A stretch of DNA of 62,967 bases, the filler included, from Octopus bimaculoides (Eukaryota), in NCBI RefSeq assembly GCF_001194135.2. It is 4 parts of 3 records of this genome, joined end to end, with 100 filler letters (N's around TTAATTAATTAA, not from the genome) between each part and the next. Parts side by side here need not be neighbours in the genome. Positions count along the whole stretch, not along the records: positions 1 to 20,277 come from NC_068986.1; 3 more parts are not named here. The stretch is one strand, 5' to 3'. The notes beneath the pieces were generated by a model. That model was not told where the DNA came from. It saw only the letters and a program-made list of their open reading frames with translations, and did no database searches. Both the position numbers and the translations under genes were made by a program. Shown one piece after another: positions 1 to 14,314 of this stretch (position 1 is the first letter of the stretch; each line of letters opens with the position of its first letter).

Positions 1-86
<86 letters not shown>
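1..86. repeat. (AG)n then (GATA)n microsatellite
   Basis: Direct reading. Confidence 0.98.
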
Positions 87-87
<1 letters not shown>

Positions 88-1324
88 TGCTGCCATACTC
101 CTACCGGTGCATATTGCCTAATAAACCTCTGACGGAGTATTACATAACACGTTATTGGATTATCTGATATAATTTCGCATGTTATTACATGTCAAGTTGT
201 TTGACGCAAGGTGTTGATAATAATAAATATTTTGCTACTGAAATATGTGTAATTCTACCTAAAATATCTAATCATTTCATCTTTATTACATGCATATACT
301 TACATACATACATACATACATGTACGCACATACAAGTATACATGCATACACACATATCCATACATACATACATATTATGTGATTGTTTGTTAGAAGAATA
401 TCTGTTAGGAAGTATCTTACGTTTCACCTACACGCAGAACTTCCTAACTGATACAACCAAATGACATTAGTGTGATGGTGAATAAATAATATAAAAAAAC
501 GTTCCCCAAACCCCGTTATGATATATACTTACTCTGCAAAATGCATTTCTCAGAATTTTCGACTATTTTCAACATACTCGACACATATATCTCGATTCGG
601 ATTTGGAATACTGGAAAAAACAGATGTGCTTTCAAGTGGACACAGCTTGGATTCTAACCCTATGAACATAATGCACAGACACACACTCGCGCTCAAGTGT
701 ATTTAGGCATGTATGTGTATGTATGTAATGTATGTATGCATGTATGTATGCATGTATGTATGTGTGGGTGTATCTATGTGTGTAAGGATGGATGTAAGTA
801 TGTATGTCATTGTTCAATTTTATTTCAGGATTTCTTGGCAATGGAGAAAGAGCCGGTTTCTAACCTAGATTCAAGGCTTCTTCACTGGAATTTCGCCATC
901 AACAACGGGATATTTTTATTTGTATGTATGTATGTATGTATGTATATATGTATGCATGTATGTATGTATGTATGCATTTACGTATGTATGCATGTATGTA
1001 TGTATGCATGCATGTATGTATGTATATATGGATATGTACAGATTTGTATGTTTTGCTTTGTATATGTATTTTATGCATATAGTTAACTACCAAGACATGT
1101 TCATATATATTCAAATGATATATATCTAAATATATATTTATATACATATTTAAATTATCTAAATTTGAATTATAGTTCATATATATTTAAATGATAAACC
1201 CCTGGAAAGTTTTGCAGATGTTTTACGGTTCCAGTGATGTATTGGATTTGTATTCATCGAATTAGCTTTCTCCTTTCTGCTTTTGAGAAGCCCAATTTCT
1301 CAAGATTGTTATTTAGACAGCGGT

Positions 1325-1620
1325 ATGTATGTATGTAGCGCTGACATGCAGTGTCTGCGCAAGACCCTGCCTCAGGGACTCAAGAGTCATCTTCGTAGTG
1401 ATAAAACGAGACTGATGATTGACAACCAGGCCGCTGGTGGTTGTGCTACACACCATACTAATCATATCTGTCGGGCATGTAGAGGGGAAAGTGATTCGGC
1501 TGGAGGACTTAAACGACATGCAAACGTACATGAAGCCCAGTTACAACCACAGCCGGCTACTGACGGTAAAGGTTTTAGCTGCCAATTCTGTACAAGTCGT
1601 TGTATATCTTTAGCATGGTT
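1325..1620 (+). mobile_element. Fragment with three C2H2-like zinc-finger motifs, probably the C-terminus of an RTE-type LINE ORF
   Basis: ORF 1283: CLRKTLPQGLKSHLRS, CRACRGESDSAGGLKRHANVH, FSCQFCTSRCISLAW (cut by gap). No TGEKP linkers and no splice sites seen. Confidence 0.5.
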
Positions 1621-2311
1621 NNNNNNNNNNNNNNNNNNNNNNNNNNNNNNNNNNNNNNNNNNNNNNNNNNNNNNNNNNNNNNNNNNNNNNNNNNNNNNNN
1701 NNNNNNNNNNNNNNNNNNNNNNNNNNNNNNNNNNNNNNNNNNNNNNNNNNNNNNNNNNNNNNNNNNNNNNNNNNNNNNNNNNNNNNNNNNNNNNNNNNNN
1801 NNNNNNNNNNNNNNNNNNNNNNNNNNNNNNNNNNNNNNNNNNNNNNNNNNNNNNNNNNNNNNNATATTATATTATATTTCTCGCTCAGTGAATGTTTAAA
1901 CTCACTGCAATGAATCTGAGAGTTGCAAGATAGAGAGATGGCTTCTGCTGTACCTATTTTTACCCCACCATGGTACACCTCATACTAACCTATGATCAAA
2001 TCCATACTATCAGCGATGTTTGAATTTACCATTCAGGGTTATTCGCGAATCAGAGCTATGGCTGAGTGTTTTTTTCGGAAGAGAATGCTCTACTAACTTG
2101 TCTGGCATCACTTCATGTGTCTTTCATGAGAACAATGTACTTATGGTGCATTTGTCTTTGTAACTGTGTGAGATTTTGGTTTGCGTGTTCGTGTCTAAAC
2201 GAATGTGCGCATGTGTATATGTGTATGATGTGGTGTGTCCTTGCTGTGTAGGATAGACGAATGCATTTGGTTGATGGTGGTATCTACTCACAAAATCACC
2301 AGCAAAAATTA

Positions 2312-2443
2312 TGGTGGTTGTGGTGGTGGTGGTGGTGGTGGTGGTGGTGGTCGTCGTCGTCGTCGTCGTGGTTGTGATGATGGTGATGGTGATGATGATG
2401 ATGATGACGATGATGATGATGATGATGATGATGACGATCATGA
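2312..2443. repeat. Compound trinucleotide repeat (GGT)n(CGT)n(GAT)n
   Basis: Direct reading. Confidence 0.95.
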
Positions 2444-2774
2444 TCAGGCTGGAGGTGATGTTAATAACGATGATGATATATTAATAATGATGGTGATAAT
2501 AATGGTTTCTCACTCTGTCAGTTTTGAGAGATTAAACCGTTTCCTTTGAATCCAGTACTTGAATAGTACTTCATTTTATCGACCTCGAATGGTGGAAAGA
2601 GAAAGGTAATATCAGCAGGATTTGAACTCAGAAATTAAAGAGCCGAAACAAAATCTTTAAAGAATTCTTTTTTTTTTTACCTACTCTGAAACGATTTGAC
2701 ATCTCATTTTCTTTAAGGTAATGTTATTGGATTTAGACAGAAGGCGAACACTGTTGATGAGAGAGGAGCGCAGG

Positions 2775-2942
2775 CGATCACATCAAGTGCAGTACTTGTC
2801 TAGTTCTTTATTTCATCGATTCTCAACGGATGATAGGTAAATTTGGTATGGGGAAGACTTGAAATCAAAACGTAACGAACCAGAACAGACACCGCACAGC
2901 ATCTTGTCCAACGCTCTTAGCAATTTTGCCAGCTCACCACCC
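2775..2942 (-). mobile_element. tRNA-headed SINE family B, degenerate copy
   Basis: Reverse complement begins gagctggcaaaattgctaagagcg; similar to copies at 42113 and 51468. A second decayed copy lies at about 2550-2700. Confidence 0.55.
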
Positions 2943-3827
2943 TTGCTCATGCTGCTAATAATGATAACAGATGATGATGATGATGATGCATTGTTGTGTT
3001 GATGTAGTTTTTGTTGTTTTTGCTGCTGCTGCTGCTGTTGTTGTTGTCATTGTTGTTGCAGATGGGAAATATCTCGTGAGAGTAATAGACTAATATCAGC
3101 TTCAGCAACATTAATCTATCTCCCTGTGTTTAGCTTGTCCCTTTGTGTGTTATTGCCTTTTAATTGAAGAGCGTCTTTTCGTTTACGGCCGAAGTCATGT
3201 GATTGACAGTAAACTAATCTGAAACACATCAAATGTGAGAACAACGGAGGAAATGAAACTATAATCCAACCAAGAAATAACAGCATCAAAGGCAGGAAAT
3301 AAATGTCAGATTTCTTGAAATGAAGACTCTGTGTCTTCAAATAAATACTTGACATGTATCTCCATTCCGCGCAATACGACTTTTATGAATGTTATTCCGC
3401 TTTCTTCATAACATGGAATCGAGAACACATCTTTTTCTGTTTATGTTTGTCAACAAACAAAGGGCAGTTTTCCGCCATCTTCGATTGTTATGAAAGAATA
3501 CAAGAAATGTAGTCGCGAATCTTCTTAAAAGATCTAAAGACTAGGTGACAATGTTAAAGCAGTTTTCGATAATTTTACAACTCATGAAAACGTAGATTTC
3601 ACCGAACAGCTTCCGCACAGTTTCCATCCAATGACCGAGATATTCAACGAAATGCATGGGCGTTTAAAGAAAATGTCCAACAATATTTACAATGTAATGG
3701 AATATTGGAGCATTAATCACGAACATATGTTCTGGAATCATTTTTTAAGCAGATCATACGAGAAACACGGAACTGATGCGAGGGATTTTCTTTGAAACTT
3801 TATCCCAAACAATATATATCGAATGGT

Positions 3828-3834
3828 GATGATA

Positions 3835-3900
<66 letters not shown>

Positions 3901-3906
3901 GTGATG

Positions 3907-3971
<65 letters not shown>
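3828..3971. repeat. (GAT)n(AAT)n microsatellite
   Basis: Direct reading. Confidence 0.95.
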
Positions 3972-3972
<1 letters not shown>

Positions 3973-4407
3973 GAAAGATCAGGTGCATAACAGACTGGAC
4001 CTAGCGGTGGGGGACGAGGTGCACCACTTATGCTATATAGTTGATGTTGCCCTTTGACCCACGAATAGTCTAGGAAGTCGAAAAGAGAGAGAGATACAAC
4101 CCTCATAAGTACGAAATAGCTCAGCTATGGACAATGAAGGAGTGAATATAGTGCCAATTACTGTTGGGTCCATGGGAATGGTATCAGAAGGCAACACGGG
4201 GAATGCAAAGGGAATTGGGATAGCGTTCCCAGTAGAACTGTTGCAATAGATTTGCCTCCTTGGCACGGCCAGAAGAATCAGGAAAGTATTAAATAGCTGA
4301 AAAGAACGGATAGCATGGTACCATAGGCTGCAGTTAGCAGGGCCTACTACACATGTAAGACTCCAGGAACTCCAACAAAACCTGTGAGGAGAAATAATAA
4401 AAATAAA

Positions 4408-4447
<40 letters not shown>
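3972..4447 (+). mobile_element. 5'-truncated R4/Dong-clade non-LTR retrotransposon (restriction-like endonuclease end, 3' UTR, AAT tail)
   Basis: Frameshifted HNRLDLAV..IVDVA..KYEIAQLWTMK..IVPITVGSMG..LLGTARRIRKVL matches the PD-(D/E)xK RLE C-terminus. (AAT)n on both sides. Confidence 0.8.
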
Positions 4448-4450
<3 letters not shown>

Positions 4451-4475
4451 GGGGGTTGGGGGGCAATCAATTAGA

Positions 4476-4635
4476 ACGACCCTAGTACACAAATGGTAAC
4501 TTAATTTATCGACACCGAAAAGATGAAAGGCGTAATCGTTGTCTTCGAAATTTGATCTCAGAATGTAGCGACTGGTAAAATGCCGCTAAACGTTTCGTCC
4601 AGCGGGTTAATGAATCTGCCAGCTTCGGTTCCTAA
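4476..4635 (-). mobile_element. SINE family B copy
   Basis: Reverse complement gctggcagattcattaac...tacattctgagatcaaattt...ggtgtcgataaattaagttacc, shared with 42113-42305. Confidence 0.6.
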
Positions 4636-6775
4636 CACATGCGCAGAACGTGAAATTTAGTGGACAGAGTTTGTTTAGACGATATAATCAGTCTAATCCT
4701 CGACTGGTTCTGATTTTATGGATCCGAAAGAAAGAAAGAAAAATAAAGCTGATCTCGGATGGTTTGAACTCCGAATGTAGAGTCCCAGTGAAAGACAGCA
4801 TACCGTAGATATACTATAAAACATGCACAAAACAATGTGCCTATATAGTGATAGATTAGCAGACTTGTTAGTGCGTTGAACAAAATGCCATATTGTATTT
4901 GTTACAACACTACACTCTGATTTTAGATTCGATCGCTATCAACTTTGTCCTCCATCTTGCTTTGGTCACGAAAATAAACTGCCAACTAAGTCCTCTCAAA
5001 TTATGGAATCGTTAGTGCGTCGGACAAATTGCCTTGTAGTATTTAAGTCAGTTTTCTATGTTGTAAGTTTATATGCAATGACATTTGGCCTAAGGATATA
5101 AGCACAACGACTGGAACAAGGAGATGGCACACTTGTTGAATGGACTACCATTGGACATAATAATAGTTTTTGCTTATAATTCCAAACCTCAGAGAAATTT
5201 TGTTGGTGCAGATACATGGCGAAACGTGACCTCTTCATGTTTTATACCTTCTCTGTCTTGGAAAAAAGAACATTGTGATTGTTCCAAGCCGATGTATATA
5301 TGTCTGCTTGCAGATGATTTTGTCGAGGATAAGCGAGAATAGCAAAAAATATTGAAATTACAAATAAAAACACAGCCGTCGAAAATGTCTCATTGAAAGC
5401 AAATTATGACCAGAATAATTGGGAAATAAAACAAAGCTTTGTTTCATAATAATTGAATAAACTCTGTAATATATCGAGTATTCATCTCGTGTGCTTACCA
5501 AAACATATTCACAAGGAGACTTTAACATACAAGCACGCATACATATAGAGGTGTTTGTTATTATATATAGAGAAAGATACGTAGATACTTGGATAGATTG
5601 ATAGATAAAAAGATAGATTCATGCATATGTGTGTGTGTGTGTGTGTGTATGNNNNNNNNNNATATGTGTGTGTGTGTGTGTGTGTATGTGCGTGTGTGTG
5701 TGTGTATGTACATATATATGTACTTCTGATATGAGCGTGTGTACATGTGTGTATGTATGTATATGTAAATATATATATATATTTTTGCCTCTCTCGGCTG
5801 TATATCTTTTTGTTTGTGCTCAACCTCGTGTATCCCTGGAGCAGCAATCCACTCTTTTCTGCGAATGTTGCTAAAACTAATAATTCACTGAAAGAAACAA
5901 AGAAAGCAGAAAAAGACCAAGAACAATAATTTGTGTGTGTGTATATGTGTGTTTGTATGTGTATGTATGTGTGTGCGTGTGTATGTATAGCAGAATAAGC
6001 AGAAGAAATAATTTTTCTCTGTGCTAAAACAAATCGAAAAACTCAAGGAATCTTGCACGGTTTGTAAGTAAAACTTAAAAACCTTCACATATTAGAAAGT
6101 AAGAACAAAACAAAAATGAGAAAAATATTCATTGTCAAGTGAAATTGTGGGGAAAAAAAGGAGAGAAATGCTGCAGAATTTCATGATACTTGGTTAAAAA
6201 AAAACAATACGACTGAGGGATGAGATAAGATTTATGAAGAATGAGGGGGAAAGAAGAAAAAGGAATCGAATAAAGAATGCTAAATGATAAATGCGATGAA
6301 ATAATTATTACTTTTCTTTTTTTTTTTTTTTGAAAAAATGTATTTCTCCAACAAGTGTTAAATATAAATGTAATATGAGTGAAACAGGAAATATGAGAAA
6401 ATCTAGCATATTGTACAAGCCGAAAGTATAGAACATAGGCATATATATATAAACTGTACCATTCGTCAGGCAAAACACATAAAGACATATGAAAAGAAAC
6501 ATATAGATATAAAAATGTGTAGACATATACGCACATATATTAGGTTTGTGTGTGTGTGCGCATGAATAATGTATGCATTGCATACATAGGGGTGTTGGTG
6601 TGTATATATATATATACGTAAAGAGAAAGAAGGAGAGAGAGTGAGAGACAGGTGTATTGTTGACAGAAATTTATGGGGAAAAGGAAGAGAAAAGAGTAGA
6701 AATGTGATATAGGAAGCGCAAAACAGGAAAGATGAAAGAAGTTAGTGTTTATGTTTGTGTGTATGTATTTATACA

Positions 6776-6830
<55 letters not shown>

Positions 6831-7017
6831 GGCTTATAGAAAATAAAATAAGTTTACGGTAGAAAAGAAACTGCAGAACACAAGGAAAATCTGGTAGAAA
6901 TGAGGGAGATCGACGATATTGCTGTGAGAATCAGTGGAAATAAGCTTGGAAATATTCTGAACAGAAAAAAAAATGGTTTACCTTGGAGATTATATGAAGT
7001 CAGCGTGTGATAAAAAC

Positions 7018-7060
<43 letters not shown>

Positions 7061-8744
7061 GAATAACATGTTAAATCGAATGTTATACAATTGTATGCTC
7101 ACATGCGCTCAGACGAACACGTAAATGTGATAACGTTTGTGTTTTCGCGTAATTCTTTAAGTCCTGTATTTCTCACAATGGCCTTTCATGCTAGAAGTGT
7201 ATAGAAATATTATTCATTTAAGCACACATGTTTCTCAATACAAGCATACATACATTCAAATGTGTGTGAGTATGTGTGTGTGAGGCTATGTATGATGTAT
7301 ATACTTATATTGACGCTAAGCCGTCACATCCCAAACACATATACTCTGAGAGCTTGTCGCACACTTTTTCTGATTCTTTTCTGTGCCTATGCAATCACCA
7401 GCAGACTAAGACACGCTTCCATTCCATCCCGCCAATATCTTAACCAGTAATTACCGCAAGGCCGAGAGGGGACTGAAGCAGCTCCCTTCTTCACTTTCTT
7501 CTCTGTCTTTCCTCTTGGTCTCTCTCTCTCTCCTCTCTCTTCTTTCTCATTGAGGTTGCTTTGTAATCACTTGGGTCTCATTGCTAGATTATCCAAGAAA
7601 GATTTTATTGAACACGTGGCTACATTGTCAGCACACAGGTAACCTTTGTATTTTGAGATAGTATAATGGAATTTGACGTAGATTAGGCTAGCTACTGTTT
7701 ATACCTCGTTCAGAGATTTTTATTGCTCGTTTATATTTTTTTCTAGATCAGTGAATTTTCGTCACTGGAAAAAGGATATATGTACTTGCATTGGGACCCC
7801 TTCACATTGAAGATCGGTGATTGTCGTACGCTGACGAAGGGTAAATACCCAGAAACCCAGGTCTGTGCGTATCATATCAGATCGACGATGGGAAGGATGA
7901 ATTCCCTTTGCGAATACCGACAGGGCACAGAAAGTGTGTCAATAACCAGCTGGAGGAGATGTTCTCCTGGGTCTATAAGCTACAGTAGCATCCACCCTTA
8001 GTGGTTAGCCGCTTTTAAGTGGCAAATATACTTCAAGATGAGGACAAATATCCGTCAAATGTAAATAATGTAAATTCTTCCTTGTTTTGAATATATATAT
8101 TTTTTGTTTTCTTTTCTTTTCGCTATTTCCCTTCTTTACACCGTTTCGCCCGAAATCTTCATCAATAATTTTGACGAACGATTTTGACTAATAAAGAAAT
8201 CATGATCACCATTATCAGCGTCGTAATCCTCTTGTTCACCGTCACTATCTCCTCCTCTTCATCACCATCGTCATCGTCATCACCAATGTTGTCAATAGCA
8301 AAAACAACTAAAACAATGATAAAAGCAAAATAAGACAACAGTGATAATAATGACCATATATATGTTTTTAATTAATGATTCTCCTAATGACCGTTAAAGT
8401 AGTCAGACGGTAAAACTGTTAGAGCGTCTGGAAAATGCTTTCAGATATTTCTTCTGATTCATTTACGTTCCGAGTTCAAATTCTACATTCGCTGCGCATT
8501 AAATAACTAACCTTTAAATCAATGGGACCGATCAAACCAACTCACCACTTCCCCTACAGCTGCTCACTCAGAGTCAAAATGTGAAAACATTTCAAATCCA
8601 TCACACCAGCACTTTTCGTCTTGAAGGGCAGCCAATCTCTTCGACCTCAGTACTTGACTGGTACTTTATTTTATCGACACCAAAAGTACGAAATATCCAG
8701 ATTTGACCTCGGTACGCACTAGAACTTGGAAGTCCCTTTCAATA

Positions 8745-9181
8745 TGTGCGCGACATGGTGATCTCATATCAAGATAAACAGCGCATGACCTCCCAGGTGT
8801 GGCTAAGTTAGAATTTTCTTCAGGTCGAGTAGTCCATCCCACTCAAAAGGTCCCTGAATAAGGTATGTTTAAGGATATTGTGAAAAACACCCATGTTTCC
8901 AAAGGTGAATTATTCAAACCCCAAAGACTGCTTCTCAACACATGGCTATGATGCTCCTCCACTAGTCCTGCTCGTGATCAGAGATGCACATATCGTCAAC
9001 CACCAAGGGACATGCGCAATTGGTTAAGGCCAAACAACTGACAAGCAAATCTGTGGTATTAAGCAGAATATTTACTGTAGCCCATCTTTTATACCTAGAC
9101 AAAACAATGTACATGATAACACTTCCAATCAGTTAAGATCAGAAGCCATGAGAGCCACTTGCCTGGTACTGCAATAGGGCA
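8745..9181 (-). mobile_element. AAT-associated repeat family C, copy 1 (3' truncated)
   Basis: Aligns block by block with 9380-9790 (ggtgaattattcaaacc, gagatgcacatat, aaacaactgacaagca, cacttccaatca, catgagagcca). Confidence 0.7.
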
Positions 9182-9222
<41 letters not shown>

Positions 9223-9790
9223 GAGCGAAAAAGCAGCGCATACCATCAAAATGAAACTGGGGTAAGAATATACGAAACCCAGTATACCCATCATGACTAC
9301 CGCGGCCAGACTACCTCTATTTAAATGTCTTGGGAGATCCTACTTCTTCGCCTGGGGGCGTCGACACAGCACATATCAAAACAAGCAGCGCATGAACTTG
9401 CAGGTGGAGCCCGTAAGAATTTTCTTCAGTTCGAGTAGCCAATCCTGCTCAAATAGTTGCTGAAAAAGGATTTTTCAAGTATGTTGTATGAAACACCTAT
9501 GTTTCCAGAGGTGAATTATTCAAACCGCAAATATGTTCATCTCAACATATGGCTATGATTGTCTAGACCTATTTCTCCTCGTGATAAGAGATGCACATAT
9601 TGTCAACTCGTCAGCCACCACAGAACATACTTAACTGGTTAAGGTCAAACAACTGACAAGCATATGTTTAGTATTGAGCAGAATGTTTGCTGTGGCTTAA
9701 CTTTTACTCTAAAACAAAACATGCACACGATACCACTTCCAATCATTTAGGATTAGAAGGCATGAGAGCCAGTGCCCGGTAGTGTAAGCC
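9182..9790 (-). mobile_element. AAT-tailed repeat family C, copy 2 (near full length)
   Basis: Same motifs as copy 1, followed on the - strand by an (AAT)n tail at 9182-9222. Confidence 0.7.
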
Positions 9791-10077
9791 TAGTATTTAT
9801 TCTATCGTTCTCTTATGTCGAACCGCTAAGTTACGGGGACGTAAACACACCAGCATCGGTTGTTAAGCGATGTTGGTGGGACAAACATATGCACACATAC
9901 ATATACATATATACATATATACGACGGGCTTCTTTCAGTTTCCATCTACCAAATCCACTCACAAGTCTTTGGCCGGCCCTAGGCTAAAATAGAAGACACT
10001 TGCCCAAGGTGCTACGCAGTGGGACTGAACACAGAACGATGTGGTTGGTAAGCAAGCTACTTACCACACAGCCACTT
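9784..10077 (-). mobile_element. tRNA-headed SINE family A (most abundant SINE in the window)
   Basis: On the - strand: A-box-like tggctgtgtggtaag, B-box-like gttcagtccc, then ccttgggcaagtgtcttcta core and an internal (TA/TG) tract. More than ten related copies in the window. Confidence 0.85.
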
Positions 10078-10078
10078 C

Positions 10079-10086
10079 TATTATCA

Positions 10087-10162
<76 letters not shown>

Positions 10163-10185
10163 CATTATTATTATTATTATTATTA

Positions 10186-10243
<58 letters not shown>

Positions 10244-10272
10244 CATTATTATTATTATCATTATTATTATTT
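10079..10272. repeat. (TTA)n microsatellite
   Basis: Direct reading. Confidence 0.95.
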
Positions 10273-10457
10273 TTATCATAAGCTACCGTGATCGATTTTG
10301 CCTTTCATTCTTTCAAGGGCGATGAAAGAAGTACTAGTTGAGTACCAGATCGACGCACTCGACTAGACCCTCCCCCAAAATGTTAAGCCTTATGCTTATT
10401 GTAGAAAACGTTAACATTATTATCATGATGATGCTTATTATTGTTATCATTATCATT

Positions 10458-10492
<35 letters not shown>

Positions 10493-13189
10493 CGTCAGTG
10501 GTGGTGGTGGTGGGGTGGTTGTTACTATACAGTAATGACTGCAACCAAACAGGAGAAGTACAACACAGCAAACAATCTAGAAGTATTGTTCTTTCACCGT
10601 ATGGCAAATTACCACAGTGAGCTTTTGTCTAATTTTCTTTCGATTTTATTTGATACTAGTGATTTGGCAGATATGTTAAGTGTTGTTTCATATATTATAT
10701 GCGATCTACAAATCTCTCTCGTGGCGTCGTGCTTTTATCATCAACAATGATCTCGCACCTATTCCGATATTCCGTTTGCGTAATCTACATACGCATACAA
10801 GAATATATAGACAATAATATATATGTAGATACATAAATGCATGTATATAAATATGTAGATATATAAATGCATATATATGTATATATATTTGTGCATGTAT
10901 ATAGTGTGTATGCGCATATTTATATATACATATATATATATATACACATATGTACATATATGTATATAAGTGTATATATANNNNNNNNNNNNNNNNNNNN
11001 NNNNNNNNNNNNNNNNNNNNNNNNNNNNNNNNNNNNNNNNNNNNNNNNNNNNNNNNNNNNNNNNNNNNNNNNNNNNNNNNNNNNNNNNNNNNNNNNNNNN
11101 NNNNNNNNNNNNNNNNNNNNNNNNNNNNNNNNNNNNNNNNNNNNNNNNNNNNNNNNNNNNNNNNNNNNNNNNNNNNNNNNNNNNNNNNNNNNNNNNNNNN
11201 NNNNNNNNNNNNNNNNNNNNNNNNNNNNNNNNNNNNNNNNNNNNNNNNNNNNNNNNNNNNNNNNNNNNNNNNNNNNNNNNNNNNNNNNNNNNNNNNNNNN
11301 NNNNNNNNNNNNNNNNNNNNNNNNNNNNNNNNNNNNNNNNNNNNNNNNNNNNNNNNNNNNNNNNNNNNNNNNNNNNNNNNNNNNNNNNNNNNNNNNNNNN
11401 NNNNNNNNNNNNNNNNNNNNNNNNNNNNNNNNNNNGCATATATATGTATATATATTTGTGCATGTATATAGTGTGTATGCGCATATTTATATATACATAT
11501 ATATATATATATACGTAGAGAAAGGTATCTATATATACGGATATACAATTAGTAATATGTATATACCAATATGTGTGCTTGAGTGTATGTGTCTGTATGA
11601 CTCTGTGTGTTTGGTTTTCTGTTTCTGTGTATGCGAATGTGTATGCAGAACTGGAAGTTCCTTATCTTATTTACTGCCAGCACAAGAGTTATTCTAATAA
11701 TAATAGTAAGCTGTACATAATACCACATTCTTCATATAATTTCGTTAAAGCATTATATTATTAGAGACATTCTGCAATATTGGAAGAACTGTGATTATGA
11801 TGTTGAAAAACTGGAACTCTTTGTGAATATGATTTTCGAAGACTTCAAACACGCAATTGGTTCACGGGGCCGCACGTTTGTTGCCATTTTGGTTTTTAAT
11901 TTATTTCTCTTTTTATAAGTTTTTTCGTTTATTTTTCTCTCTCAAACATTAGATTGGAAAAAGGTCAATAGTATGGATCAGGGTAAGTAGGTCCATTTCA
12001 TATTTGAATTTGTATACATCAGATTCCATTGCATAGTATCGTGTGAAAGATCATCTTACCCTTATTGAAAATCTGGTAGATCGAATCCAGGCGATGGCAA
12101 CTTGGTAGACAAGTGTTAGAAGTCCTTCGATTTAAAACTTACACTTATATACGGCTTCCTTTGTAAATACATGAACTGCCTACAACAAATAATTTACTGA
12201 CACATAGGTCTTTATAACCACACCGGATATCCCTAATTACAGTTAAGTCCCTTACATTAAACCGGCGGTCAGCTACCCGAATTCACAGACACGTGGAAGC
12301 CATGCTAATAACTAACTCCGAGACCTCAAATTCAACCAACTTCTATTCTTCATCTACCTCACAATGGGCTTAACGAACTGTGAACCTAACTAAAATATAA
12401 GACTTTCGAATCACTGAACGTTTTCTTTTCCGATGTATCCCTCTATCTTTCGCTCTTTTTTCTATTCATGACTTCTTCGTTCTGATGATGTCTACCATTG
12501 GCAACGAGGCAAAAATATAAATATATATTTCCCTCATAATGCTACACAGAAACGATCGTAAACTCACTTTTACTCTCACCTTTCTTAATTAATAAAAAAA
12601 TGGCTTCCTAGCGCAAAAGACACACTTCTTATTGTTATTTTTCCTCCATTTTCTTATCGTCTATATATACATATATACATACTATATGTCAGGGCAAAAT
12701 ATTATACGTACCAGAATTCCAGCAGTACATATTGTGTTTAAAACGATTTTATATTTAAGCTCCTAATTCGCATATAGGATGAGGCGTAACATTGTGAGGA
12801 AACATTATCAGAAGAAAAGTGTGCATCACATATTCTATCAGATACTTGTAAAAATACAGGTATATCTACGCAGGAATAGATAGGTATGTATGCACATACT
12901 TACACTCTACATAGAAAAAGTACGCAATAAAACCTCACAGTTACTTTTCTAGATTGTAATGCACTTTTGCTTATTTTTGATTCTTCAGTGCAAAGATTCC
13001 ACTTTATCAACATCTTGTTTGGAATTAATGACCTCCAGTGAAATTTCGACTGAATGGCCATATTATTATCTACAGGGATTTAACTGGCATACAAATAACA
13101 ATGTACCAACATATATACGTGGATTTCTTTGTGCGTGATTGTGTGTATATATATCTTCACATATACATGTCTTCCTTTCATTCTCCCTA

Positions 13190-13230
<41 letters not shown>

Positions 13231-14281
13231 CTCATACATAAATGTATGGTCATACATGTGCGTGTATGTATATATGTGTATTTGGACGTATATATGTATA
13301 TGCATACATCTAGGAAAATGATTTCTGTAAACATTTCTATATGAATAGCTGGGAGCACATATTTATCTGGTCCAATGTTTTGTCTTGGTAAACATGTCAA
13401 ACATCGATATTTGATAAGAAATTCTGTAGACTACCTGTGATCTTAGAAAATGCAATTATATGATCAAAGAGACCGATAGACGCTTCGACTTAACATTGTT
13501 AACCGGAGACGTGTTTTATCAATCAAAGCGATACATCAGATGTGACAGGCGATTAGAAATTTATTTTCCGTGTTTCGAAATTTCAAATTAAACTCAGTTT
13601 TTCTGTTTACGTAACATATACACCTAACATTCTGAATCGAAGTGACGTCCTCCGGCGTATTAAATGGAATCTGGTTATATATTATTCATTGACTAGCTTC
13701 TGTTTAAGATATATACACACAAACACATTACACGCGCCATGACATATGAAAACACACACACAAATACACTTATAAATATGTATAGACAACATTACAAATG
13801 AAAGAAGGAGAGGAAATGAAACACCAAGCGATTGTTCTACCATCAGTGGAATCGGAGATAATTTCACAAAATCGAGGAAGGATAGGAAGAATATTTAAGA
13901 GAAACTTGTTGGTATTTTGTGGTTCTAATAATACATGTCACTGTCTATTGGAACGTATTTCCCTTTGTTTATTTCCGTTTTATTAATACATACATACATA
14001 CATGCGTGCATGTTTGTATGTATGTTTGTATATATATATATATATNNNNNNNNNNNNNNNNNNNNNNNNNNNNNNNNNNNNNNNNNNNNNNNNNNNNNNN
14101 NNNNNNNNNNNNNNNNNNNNNNNNNNNNNNNNNNNNNNNNNNNNNNNNNNNNNNNNNNNNNNNNNNNNNNNNNNNNNNNNNNNNNNNNNNNNNNNNNNNN
14201 NNNNNNNNNNNNNNNNNNNNNNNNNNNNNNNNNNNNNNNNNNNNNNNNNNNNNNNNNNNNNNNNNNNNNNNNNNNNNNNNN

Positions 14282-14314
<33 letters not shown>

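Noticed and set aside
7780-8001. ORF with faint Helitron-helicase-like phrases
   Set aside because: Similarity is too weak and spread across frames.
10869-11513. About 75-nt segment duplicated on both sides of a gap
   Set aside because: Probably a collapsed AT-rich tandem repeat or gap-flank duplication artefact.
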